Positions 36,653-48,479 of a stretch of DNA of 64,000 nucleotides are shown one piece after another. The notes under the pieces were generated by a model. The model did not search any database. It was not told the DNA's origin and worked only from the letters and a program-made list of their open reading frames with translations. Each line of letters starts with the position of its first letter. Positions within the stretch are counted from its first letter, which is position 1. Origin of the DNA: Gnetum montanum (Eukaryota > Plantae > Gnetophyta); the NCBI GenBank assembly GCA_015680685.1, contig MNCI01001925.1, positions 465,573-529,572 on the forward strand. The letters run 5' to 3'. A program made the translations under genes and the position numbers.

Positions 36653-36927
36653 GGTGCCTTGAACTAAAAAGGGAACCTCAATGTTTGAGGTAACAAAAGT
36701 GGTGGTTGAAGAAATCATTTTTGTAAGATTGAAAATGGTTTACAAACAAGGAAAACAAAGAGACCATGTGGTGATTGGAGGCTTTCTATCCTGCAGGGTT
36801 CCAAAGGAACCATCATTGCAACCAACCTATACCACACGGTGCATAAACAACTACAAGGGTATCACATTTATGCTAATAGGTACTGGGGTACAGAGAACAT
36901 GCAAGACTACCAGTAAAGCAGTAAAGT

Positions 36928-36944
36928 CCCTCCTTCTAGCACCA
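36928..36944 (-). promoter_or_regulatory. Primer binding site of A (tRNA-Asn)
   Basis: TGGTGCTAGAAGGAGGG on the minus strand, 5 nt from the LTR. Confidence 0.85.
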
Positions 36945-36949
36945 GAAAC

Positions 36950-38473
36950 TATAGCCCCCGAAAACATCAGTGGCTAGAAACACGGAGAGGTTGTTGGTCA
37001 AAGTAGTTTACCCTCAATTCATGTGAGGGCTGTGCTAGATAAAATGGAAATAGGGTGCCCTAAACGCTCTGGTCAATCAAATAGGAACTTAACCAGTGTA
37101 AATTAACCTTTCATAAACATTTTTTTAGATGTTAAATATACAAGGTATAACCGATGATTAATAAATGTAGGAATGTAAAAAATAATGTTAAATAGTAATA
37201 ACAATGAAGAAATAATGGAATAATATGGGCTTAAAAATTCATCACTGCAAAATTATAGGTTCAATTCTCTCCCTTTTTTGAAGTGTACAAAAGTTTACAA
37301 AATGCTAGAAGTGCATAGAAAGCTTAAGAATGACCAGAATGCTCAAAATGTGCTAGCTATGCCTTTGAGTGAGAACTTAAAATTTAACAGTACAGAAATG
37401 CCAATGCAAAGAGCTAATGCCAAATGCCAAATCAAAGTTGCCAACAAAACATCTTGCCAATCACCAAAAATTTTCCAACTTGCCAAAAATGCCTCAATTT
37501 GCCAACCCTTTGAGCATTTCTTGTTGAGGTATTTATAGGACCAAGAGAAGGTGATAGATGCATTTTAGATGCCACATGTCCTGGACCCACAAGATGCTGA
37601 CATGCCTATTTTACGTAGATGTGCAAAGCCGGTCATGAACTTGCTATGCTGCAATCATGTTGTTGAAACTGGAGATGCTAGAATCAAGTGCATCGACAAT
37701 CCAAAGAGAGAAATGAAGCACACTGATTTAGCATATCTTCTTGCTACACTGTGCTAAGCTATGTAGCATAGGACATTGGCATAGCATAGCTACTTGCTAC
37801 ATTGTGCTACGCTATGTACCGTAGCACAGCGTAGCCACCAGTTTGAAGAAAAAACTTGCATTGAAGTCATTAGCCCTTGTTGAAAGCCTTGGTGCATGTG
37901 GGGTTAACTTCTGGAGCATTTTTTTGATCTACATTCTTTGCTATGCTATGTAGTGTATCATAGCGTAACAGCTGATGTAATTTTCATTTCTGTTAAAAAT
38001 ACGATGAGAAAACTCTGCTTGTTTTTCCCTTACTATGCTGTGCTATGCTATGTAGTGTAGCATAACATAGCAGTCTATGTTGGCTAATTTTTGATTATTC
38101 CTTGGAAAAATGTCTTGCTAAAGCTTGTATTTGGACATTTTTTTGATTTTCCAAAGGTTTGCTACGTTGTGCAACATAGTAGAATTGTCAACTAGAAAAC
38201 TTATCGAACTATTTTGTCCATATTGAACACCACCGAAAACTCCAAGAATGGTTTCTGAATAGACTGTCAGCTAGGTGAATCACCCAAGTGGGCAGGCTAG
38301 AGAGTCCATCGGACCTATTAGCTCTGGAGGTAGAAAACTTGCCAAACTGAATAGTCTAAACTTAGTGCATTCATTTCCTACCAAAATTTCATGAGGCTAC
38401 ACTTGTGGAAATGTTTGCCTCATTTCCAAGACCTTGGTGAAGCAAGAGTGCCTCAGAATTTTATGGTGTTTCA
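36950..38473 (-). repeat. 5' LTR of element A (1524 bp)
   Basis: Flanked by the PBS and TSD GTTAG. Confidence 0.9.
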
Positions 38474-38478
38474 GTTAG

Positions 38479-39944
38479 TAGTGCTCTAATGCTAAGCTTT
38501 GCTAATCATCAACCTTTTGCTTACAAATCTTTTGCAAAAGACAACTACCAAAAGTAAACCCTTAAAACATTGATTACTAGGATATTTATAGGGCTAGGTT
38601 TAACAGGAGATGTGGGCTAGGTGCCATGTGTCCTGGGTCCCATGTGAATGGGTCACACTATCCTGTTATGATCAAAGTGTCAAGCTCAATGATGCTATGA
38701 TCCATACGACAAGAGAAAGAACTGAAAAGTTGCCAAACTATGATCATACTGCTCATACCACATGTGTCAAAGTTTGAAGGACTACCATGTACCTACAAAA
38801 ATTCCTAAGAAAAATGCAACTTAGAGCCTACACTTTAGTACTATGTATTCCCTCATCTTTTGAGTATGGTCAAGTGTAGGAACAACTTTGGGGATCAACA
38901 GGGGGTGCAAAAATAAAGACAGTTACTAATCTTGGCCATTGGGGAGATTGTAGAGCTGACAGGAAGGTTGATGCTAAGTTTTGGAAGCTTTTGAAGGCAT
39001 TTGGAGGTTTTTTCCAAGTGTTATGCTATCTATGTTGTGCAGCGTGATGAAGTGTAGCATGAACACTTAGAAAAATTTTGTGGTTTTGGCCTACTATGCT
39101 TTCTACACTACAAAAGGTAGCAGAGCATAGAGCCCATTTTCTAGTGGATTTTGTCAAAATTGAAAATGCCACTCTAGGATGTAGCAAGACAAGCAACCTT
39201 AGCAGCCAGAAAATGCATCTTCTATGTTAGAATAGCCTAATACCTCCTCGTTCCATACTTAGAAATTTTTTTATCCTAAAACCTCTATTATTCTATCTAA
39301 GCTATATAGCATAGTAGTGTGTAACATCAATTTTGGGATGAATTTTGATGAAACTTACAATTTTTTTCCATGGGATGTTTATCACACTCGAAGGATGAAG
39401 TAGGAAAGACAACCTTGGAAGTCACAAAATTGCCACATGCACCTTCCATGTCTGGTCCAACACTTAGAAAAATTTGAGTTTCAAAATTCATGCTACGCTA
39501 TCTACATTATGCAGCATAGTGGAGCATAACAAGTCTAAAGATAGAAAATTGGTGAAATTATTTTTTCCATCGTGAGCACCTTTAAAAAATACTAGCCTAG
39601 CACTTAGATGGACTAGCAACCAAGACATGTGTTAAGCTAGGCGAGATGAAGAGCATAGTAAGCTTGAAAACCTTGGAGATAGAAAATTTGCAAAACTATT
39701 TAGTCCATCCTTAATGCCCTTTTGACTACTTTTGGCCTAACATTTGTGCAAACTAGCTTTGGAAACATGTGCTACACTAGCTATGCTGGGGAGCATGGTA
39801 GGCAGACTTAGAAAACATTTACAAGAAATAGGGCTTCCAGTATGCTACGTTGTCTACGCTACATAACGTGATGCCAAACTTAGAACAATTTTTCCCAAGT
39901 GTTGACAGTTAGACAACTCTACTATTGAAATTAGTGGTGTTTCA
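38479..39944 (-). repeat. LTR X, right part; inserted into the accessory gene of C
   Basis: Similar to LTRs C and F, ends GGTGTTTCA, and is followed by accessory-gene coding sequence rather than a PPT. Confidence 0.8.
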
Positions 39945-42900
39945 AAGGTCACACATGAACTTCATGTTCTTCATAGGATGCCTTTGAAGGTTCATAGAGT
40001 TCTTGGTTGTATAGGAGGATGGGTAGTAAATGATGTAGGACTATAAGAAACTCTCTAGGTTCTGGATCTAACACTTGTTCACTACCACATGGTCACAAGA
40101 TCCCCTAGAGGTAATTGGTAAGTCATTCTCTATAATGACTAGAGGCCACTTGGGATGATCTCACCACTTGTGTGATAGTGTAGGTGAGGCCCCAGCAGCT
40201 AATATCAAGAATGTGGCTAGAGGGACACAACTCATTTTTGACGTAGTGGTGTAATCCAGGACAAAAATTGAGAAGTCATGACTCATGAAGAAGATTGCAT
40301 GTGAGGTGGAGTTGAGTTGTAGGGAAATCTAGTTAAGGGTTCATGATTTACATTCAGGAATCATAGGTGAGTATAATTCATTGGATACTACTATAATATG
40401 CTATGCTATGCTATGCTATATGGATCATTGAAAATACTAATCCTAACCAATGTGAATCATCAGATGTGGACAAGAGGATTTCTATGATAAAAGTAGAGCT
40501 TGTAGTGGATGATGTCTCTCCTAAAACTGAGGGATAGGTACTAGAGGAAGAGGAGTGAGAAGCTGCATAGGTCCTACAACAAGTAGAGGAAGAAGCATTG
40601 TTGTAGTTAAATAAGGATGTGTTTAAAAATTTCTTTGATGATGTGCAGATAGGTGATCCTCCTACTCTCACATTTGAGGGCTTGTTGGATAGGAGCTTTG
40701 CACCACCATATTCCTTCTTTTTTTCAACTCTGGCACCTTTGACTATTGGCTATTTGATAATTGCTAAATGTGTGTATCATAGCCACAAGTGTTTTTGTTG
40801 AGGGTCTAGTATCTACCTCCACTTTTTGCATGTAGCCATTAACAAAGGCACCTGATAAGTTCACCTTCATGAAAGGCCTCCTTGAGGACATGATGGGACT
40901 CATACAACAAATGAATCCTAATATTAGTATGTGTATGTTTTCCCACATTTCTTTATTAACTTGTTTCGTAACCTTTTTCTAATGTTGTTTTGCCTATTGT
41001 GTGACAATAGGTTCCTAGTGTTGGCACATTTGGCCATTACATGGAGCAGTTGGAATATTTTGTTCAAAATATTAGCATAATCCCTGGTTGTAAATTTGCA
41101 GTTTAGTATTGTAAGTAATGGGTATTCTTGGAGAAGCAAGCTTGGTAAATAATCTTGATGTTGAAACCTTCTTGGAAAGTAAATTAAAATGCCAAGATAT
41201 TTTCTTGAGTGAAGATTGGAATAAAAAAGAAGGTGATTATTTACCACAAGAAAGCATACTCCCTCTTAATATTGGCAAAATAGCCAACACCGTGGGTAAT
41301 GGATTATCAAAAATCGGCTAAGAGTTGGAAGCAAGTGAAGGACCTAACGGACTACCAGCTAGTTTTGAATCCATAGATTTAAAATTATCAAAGGATGTAA
41401 AGGTTTCTATATTGCAGAAAAATCTAAATTTACATATGGCCAAAGGCCCATTGTTAACACTGCCAGAAAAAAAATGAAATCATAAAAAATAGAACTGAAT
41501 GTCGTGGTTTTGGGGCAAATCCTTTGGCTTGCCGTTTTGGACTGTGCCCACACACCGGCCGGATTTATGTTGCCGACTCGCCAGATGCTGAACCTGAGTT
41601 CGTGGAGTGCGTGGGAGGCCCTTCTTTCACCGATGAGCCAATTTAAAGGGGGTTTCATGCAGCAATCATGTGGAGAAAGTCAAATAGAACTGAGGCCAGT
41701 TTAGGGTAGAACGTAGCGGATATATTATCGATTCCATTAGAGGCACTTGTGGATTTCAGAAGAATGGATGCCTATCTTGCACGACGAAAAAATTTGGGTT
41801 TTCATCTGTAGCAACAAAAAATTCTTTTAAAACCCTAATGGACATCGCTCAAAAAATCTACACCAAATGTTGGACAAAAATTCTAAAAGCCAGACAGTTT
41901 ACCAGTTATCACAGACAGAGGGCAGCGAAAATATACGAAGCAGGGATTAAATCACATAATCATCAAAACCTGCAGGGCATTTTTGAGAGGCAGAGGTTAC
42001 AATAGTCGCAGATCCTTAGGGAACACACGGCGACATTCCCTAACGCGGCGGTTGAGTCTTCTCCTATGATGGCAGTTGTTGGTAACGATTTTAAGCCAAA
42101 GAAGATATTTTGAATCAGTTGTGGGTAGTTGAAGCATCGGTGCCTTCACCTTCAAGCTAATATTTCAGCCATCCTGAATTTTAACTTCAATTATCAGGAA
42201 TAAGAAAGGATAAAGTAACTACCGCTACCACCAATAAGGTGGATATTATATTATATTTTTATGATAAAATCTTAGAGATTAATAACACTTAGTATTTAAA
42301 ATTTAAATTAAATTAAATTAGATTAGGGAATTTAAACTTATTTTAATAAACTACTTAAAAAGGAAATATTTATAATATTTATTAATTAATTCCCCCTAAC
42401 TTTATGAATAACTTCCTAACTCCCTCCTAATTAAATGGGCAAGTAACCTCCTAACTTGTTGGGCAAGTAAAACTCCTAATTGGTTGGCCAAGTTACTTGG
42501 GAGAAAAGTTAGCTAGGATATTTTGGCATGTAACTACCTTGTAAACCTTATAAAAATGCTTCAAGGGAGATGATCTTAAAAAGGGGGTGATTTTCAAGGA
42601 GGATTTCTGGAAGGATAATTTGGGAGAAGAGACTTTTGGAAGGTCTCATACATCACACTTAGGCTCTCACTTGAAGACACTTTGAGGTCTTGAGAAGAGC
42701 ATTTGCAAAGAAGATTTGTAAAGACGATTGCTTGTAAGATGGCTTGCTAAAGGAAAGATTTTAGCCTCTTTGTCATGGTCCTATGAGTTATGCATTTCAT
42801 TTTTTATTTTTTTAAAATTGTTTAGCTAGTGGTTTAGATAGTATCATCCTTGGCAAGTAATTTTGGGATTTTTAGATTGCTCTTACTATTCTTGTTGCCC

Positions 42901-44848
42901 GATATGAAATTTCTATTAAAATTTTTCCATAGAAGCACTTGTGTTTAAAAGCCTTAAGAGCATTTTAGTAGTAAATTTTGTTATTATGAAACATGTGGGA
43001 ACTGCTATTGGGATTGTTGTAAGAGAGCCTCTGTTTGTAGTCACACCATTGAACAATTCAGTAGTTGAGAGGGTTCAGAAAATCTTTGATATTTTGATGG
43101 GACCAAAATACTTCTTTTTATCTTTAAAGTGAATTTCCATGGTATTTCAATCAGAAATTGTCAAGTCTTTTAAAGGTTCTATTTGAATTCAATCATTAAC
43201 ATCTATTATCTAGTCAAAATAGAGTCTCGTACGTGGCAGTTTACGCAGCAATTTTTGTTAGCATAGTAGGATTGTCTTGAAGAAATTGCTTGTTTGAGCC
43301 TTGGAAGTTTGAACAATTCGTAGATATTGAATTTGGGATAGCTTTATTACGAAGTGTTTACTCGTGTCATTTTACCTTGTTTAAATATTTGAGTTCTACA
43401 CAAATCTTCTTTCTTTTCTTTTCTGCTTATTTCCATCGAATCTTGCTCTATTTCTAGTTTTCTTGTGGAACTATCTCTTTCTCTGGGGAAAATTAGGAGT
43501 AGATTGCGGAGTTGTTCTCAAATGCTTTTGCAAAATTTTATTTGTTACAAGTAGGTATTATAAGGACCGCATAGACTAGGTAGTTGAACAAAATAGGAAA
43601 TTTTCAACAACTCACAGTACTTGGCAAAGTTGGCTGAATCTCTTTAAAGTAAGTCATTTGTAGTTTACACACAACGAAATCGTTACATTTCTCACAACCG
43701 CACGCCGCAACAGCACACACACATACTCACATTAACTACTAAGTTTATTTGGAGGTATCTGGGCACTAGTGTTTCCAGAGACCATCAGGCACCTAAATCC
43801 TTTTTGAGGACACTTGTTGGCGGTCGCGTCCCAAATGGTCGCCAACACCTAGCTTCAATGGGACCCAAATAGGATGGCCAAATTTTATGTTGTCCCTAAG
43901 TTTCCCCCTAAAGTGAAGCAAGTACCCCACCATGTGTACGATGAGGCAAGTAAATACATGCTCTTGTCTATGAGAGCATAGTGGGAATGTAGGTGCACTA
44001 ATGAGCATCTATGGAAATAGGCACATGAGCTCTAGGATAGGAAGGCAAGCCAAGATGCAAAATTAGAGGACCTACATGCCCATTATAATTTCCTAGTAGC
44101 ACATGACCAAGGGGATGGTAACTAAAACATAGATTAAATTAACTACGCTAGGTATTGGTTAGCCATTCATGTCAAAAATGAGGACACCTAAGAGGTGATC
44201 GAGAAACAGCTACAAATGGACCTACTAGCTAGGAAAAATCAAGACTAGAAGGATTATAGTATCAAATTGTATCAATGAGGTCAAACTTAGAAGAATCATA
44301 AACACCACTACAAGTAGGAATGAGAGGAATATCTTAAAAGATACAAAGATGAGTTTTTGTAGCATCGTTGTCACAACATATTTCTTGATGCAATTGGCAC
44401 AATGTAGCCTTATGAAATATTTTCCAGTAGTGTAGTGGTGAGTGGAACCCTAGAGAGACACATTATTATACCTTTGGAAGAGATTTCTTTTCCTACATTT
44501 TTTCTGTGGCTGCCCACATAAATAACTGTGGAGAAAGGAAAGATCCTCATAGGTATTAACCTCAACAAGGAGGATTGGATGTAGCTATTAGAGGTAGAAA
44601 TTCTTCGAAGCTTGGAGGTGGGCCTTAGTAGATTACCTTTAAATATGGATGTAGGTTCCTCTTAGGTTGGTCTAGTTTGAATTATTTTTTATTTATTTTG
44701 TGATATTTTTTCATGTCACTTATTTTTTAGCTAATTTATTGTTTTGTTTTTCTTAAAGTAGGTTTTGGGTGATGGCATAGGCCCTAGTGAAGCAGCAAAG
44801 GAAGAGGAACAAGAAGAACCCAAACCCCCATCAAGCATTGCTAGTTGA
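39945..44848 (+). pseudogene. Antisense accessory gene of element C (3' half), interrupted by solo LTR 41019-43847
   Basis: FFDDVQIGDPPTLTFEGLL (A: MLMGDPPTITLEGLL), PDKFTFMKGLL, LQWDP, LPT*ITVEKGK..INLN..EILRSLEVGL. Last exon 44762-44848. Confidence 0.8.
41019..43847 (+). mobile_element. Solo LTR (2829 bp) of an unrelated family
   Basis: TGTTGGC...GCCAACA terminal inverted repeat, perfect TSD CCTAG (41014-41018, 43848-43852), no PBS, PPT or ORF, TATA-like TATAAAA near 42549. Orientation is tentative. Confidence 0.88.
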
Positions 44849-45049
44849 GTGGCCCATGATGTAGCCCTACTATTAGGTAATTTTGCATTTTTTATCAATT
44901 TTTTTTGGATGTACACTTAAACTATATATGTCATTGATGATTTAATGGAAATGTGATGATGACTCATATATCACTTTGTTGTATTTTGTGTAATGTTGCA
45001 AAAATTTTAACTTGCTATTCATATGTGCAATGAGGCTCATTGTGGGTTC

Positions 45050-45385
45050 CATGCTAATTTAGGGCCATGGAAAGATGGCCATTGCTAGTTTAAGGTCATT
45101 TTGGACCATCGTTAGTTTAAGGCCATTTTTGGCCATTGCACAAAAAGAAAGTAAGTTGCTAGTTTTAGGCCTTAGCAAGCCATACGATAGTTTAAGTCCT
45201 TTTTGGGCCATCACTAGTTTAAGGCCATTCTGGGCCATTGTGCAAACAAAAGTAAGTTGCTAGTTTTAGTTCTTAGAGGGTCATACAACAGGTTAAGGCC
45301 TTTCTAGGCCATCGTTAGTTTAAGGTCATTTTGGGCCACTGTACAAATGAAAGTAAATTGCCAATTTTAGGCCTTAGCAAGCCGT
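45050..45385 (-). repeat. Hairpin-UAAACUAG array of element C
   Basis: About 11 units such as GGTC-ATTTTG-GACC, GGCC-ATTTTT-GGCC and GGCC-ATTCTG-GGCC, with a higher-order period of about 100 bp. Confidence 0.9.
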
Positions 45386-46716
45386 GGTGTTGTTTCTTTT
45401 CTTTCCTTTTGTTTAGGGTTTACGCTTTTATTATTATCTTTAGCTTTATTTTCATTTTTATTATTTTAGATAAACAAGATTGCATAAACTAAAGAAATGA
45501 AATAACTAATGCAAGATTCAAGAAACTATGTAAATGTAATTGTACAAGAAAGAACAAAAGGCGAACAAGATGAGAGAAAGGCACTGTGTGCACGTATGGT
45601 TGTGTTAACATCACGGATGCTAGAATGAAAGACTATATAGACTAGGCAGTGATGAAAAAGGGAAAGATGGTAGATGGTCCTGCACCTTGTTGTGCATGTA
45701 GTACTTAGTGTCTTACCATCATAGACATGAATTTGGAAGGTGAGAGTGACATTGCTGCCTCAAAGAATGTAGATGACTATGACTAGTGCAAACAATACTA
45801 GAGATAGGCTATTACACAAAGTCATAAAATGGATTTGCACTCTTTGAACAAGCCTAAAATTTTTCTTGTCCATCTTACAAGGGCTCATCATATTTTGATG
45901 CTCGATCATGCTCATTAGGCCCACTCACTCTAATGAGTTGGTCCAATAACCACCAAAAGTTGTTAGTATGCAAAACAAAAGTGTTAGGTGTAGGAAGAAA
46001 TTCCTTCCCATTTTGATGTATGATTCCAAATCTTCACTTAGCATCTAGTTCTTGGTATTCTAGAGATAGACTCGCTTGAAGTTTTGCATAGAGAAAATTG
46101 TATTTTCCATCATCAAGCACCATGTGCTTAGGCAATTGATTGCATAGTCTAAGTGACTATCATTGTGGCTATACAAGACTAAGTGGGGGATCAATTTCTA
46201 CTACCTACTGGATAGGGTAGGTTACCTTTGTGCCTAGGATAGAGGTTGAAGGCTACATGGGATTCATGTTATTATGTAAAAAACATAAGAAATGATAGTG
46301 ATGAATAGAGAATGGTCAAGTGCAGAGAACGTTGGAAAAATGGCTAAGTATGAAAAGCTGTGAACATAGGCCAAAAAATTACTAACTCTAGAAACATTGC
46401 TAAAAGGTAACTAACTTTGATGTTACACTTGCTACATTAGAGACTGCTATGCTCTAAGAACTTGTTACACTCTCTAAAGCATCTAAATATTTAAATGCAA
46501 CAAATATACTTGGGCTTTCATCTTGTAGGGTTCTAGGGGAACTAATGACTAGGACCAATCTACACCAATTGAATCACAAATAACTCCTATGCTAGCCTAT
46601 GATCTAGCTACTACTATGGTAGGTCCATAGGGTTGTTACATCTATGCTAGCTCAAAACTAGTAATGGAGGTTTAGAAAGCATGTAGAACTACCCTTATAC
46701 ATAGAAGGAATGAGAG

Positions 46717-46733
46717 CCCTCCTTCTAGTACCA
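46717..46733 (-). promoter_or_regulatory. Primer binding site of C (tRNA-Asn)
   Basis: TGGTACTAGAAGGAGGG on the minus strand, 5 nt from the LTR. Confidence 0.8.
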
Positions 46734-46738
46734 TAAAC

Positions 46739-48479
46739 TATGATGATTGAAAACATCAATGGTTGGAACACCAAGAGGTTAGTGGGCATATAGCCTAACC
46801 CTAAGTCTACGTGGCCACTATGTTCAAAATGGAGATGGATTCCCCTAAATGGTCTTGATGATTGAATAGGGACTTACGAGGTGGTATAATAAATATGTGG
46901 GAAAGGGGATTTATATTACCTTATTGGTGTACATCAAGATCGGTCAAGCTAGAGCATAGTAGGGTGTATTGACCCAAAAAAGATGGTGTGAATGTGAAAG
47001 TATGTATAAAATAGCAAGAAAACATGAGTGCTATGCTAAGTGCCAAAGATAGAGTACTTGAAAATCCATTGGAACTTGAGAACAAATGTGCACCGTCACA
47101 AAAATGGAGCATAACAATTGTAGGAAAAGAGGTGAGGGTGGTATGTAGTGTATAGGTAGGCATAATGGTAGCATAGTAGTATAGTCATAGTCTCTGGGAT
47201 GTTTGAGCTATGGAACTAATGATTTCCATGGGAACTGAACCTACCAGGTTGGCTATTGCTTTGTTTTGTGGGTACGGTGATGAACTATGTGTTGGACGGT
47301 ATGCACCAATTATCTGATGCGGTCCTATAGTGCACCCAAGTGAGTATGCTCGAGTGCTCAAGTGCAAGAGTGCCAAAGGATGCTTCAAATGTCAAAATTG
47401 CAAATGCCTTTCTAATTTTCAAACCTCTAGAATGCTAAACGTAGGGGTATTTATAGGGCTAGGGTTGTTATGAAATGTGAATTAGGTGCCATGTGGCATT
47501 AGTGTAGATGGGGCTACACTAGACCCAACTATGCTCCCATGGGAGTAGCAAAAGTGTTATGCTCTAGAGTACAGCAATGAGTCCCCAGAGATTGCTAAAC
47601 TATGACTACACTATCAAGATTGCATGTACCAAAGTCTAAATGACTGCAATGCACTTGCAAATAGTGCAAAAAATAGTGCAACTTGGAAGTTATGCTCTAG
47701 GACTATGTCTTCCCCTCTCTCAAGTAAGGTCAAGGATAGGTACAATTTGGGGCACCAATAGTGGGTGTAGAAGAGATACAAATGAAGGTTGATGCTAAGT
47801 TCTAGAGGCTTTTGGAGGTTGTTAGAGGCTTTTCTTTAGTGTTATGATAGATGCACTTTGGAGCATAGCACAACACTTAGTCAAATTTTTCTTGATTTTG
47901 ATGTCCAACAGTGGTTACACTAGCTATGCTCTAGAGCATAGCAAAGCATAGTAGGATTGCTTAGAAAATTTTAACAAAATTTGTAGTTTTCCTTCATGAT
48001 ATGCTAGCTATGCTCTAGGGCATATCAGGAAGGGTAACCTCAAGAGTTAGAAAATTTTCCAAATGTCTCTTCCATGTTGAGCTAGCTTAATGACTTCTTA
48101 CCTAATAGTTAGGCAAAATTAGCCACTAAAAAGTGTGCTATGTTTTCTACACTCTACAATGTAGTAGAGTGTAGCAACCTAGGAGATAGAAATCCTGACA
48201 ACTTCTAGCTTGGCACATGAGAAAACTAGCCATGGAAGTATGTGTTGCACTAGCTACACTCTAGAGAGTAGTACTTAGAGTAAGAACATAGCAGAACACT
48301 AAGAAAAATTTTCATGCTACTATTGTTGACAATTAAAATCTGCCAAAATAGGTCATGATGCATGCTACATTAGCTACACTAGGGAGCATAGCACCAATAG
48401 TTAGAAAACATTTATCAAGTTTTGACACTTGGAAAAATTTGTAGGTAAAGTGTTGAAGCCAAAAATTTTTGGTGTTTCA
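46739..48479 (-). repeat. 5' LTR of element C (inserted in the integrase of E)
   Basis: Preceded by the PBS, ends GGTGTTTCA, followed directly by integrase C-terminal sequence. Confidence 0.85.

Larger units (their letters stand above)
556..38473 (-). mobile_element. Element A: full-length Tat-like Ty3/gypsy LTR retrotransposon (about 18 kb native), carrying nested element B and a solo LTR
   Basis: Matching LTRs 556-3524 and 36950-38473 (TGTAG/TATAG...TGTTTCA). Identical TSD GTTAG at 551-555 and 38474-38478. PPT at 3525, PBS at 36928, gag-PR and pol remnants on the minus strand. Confidence 0.93.
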
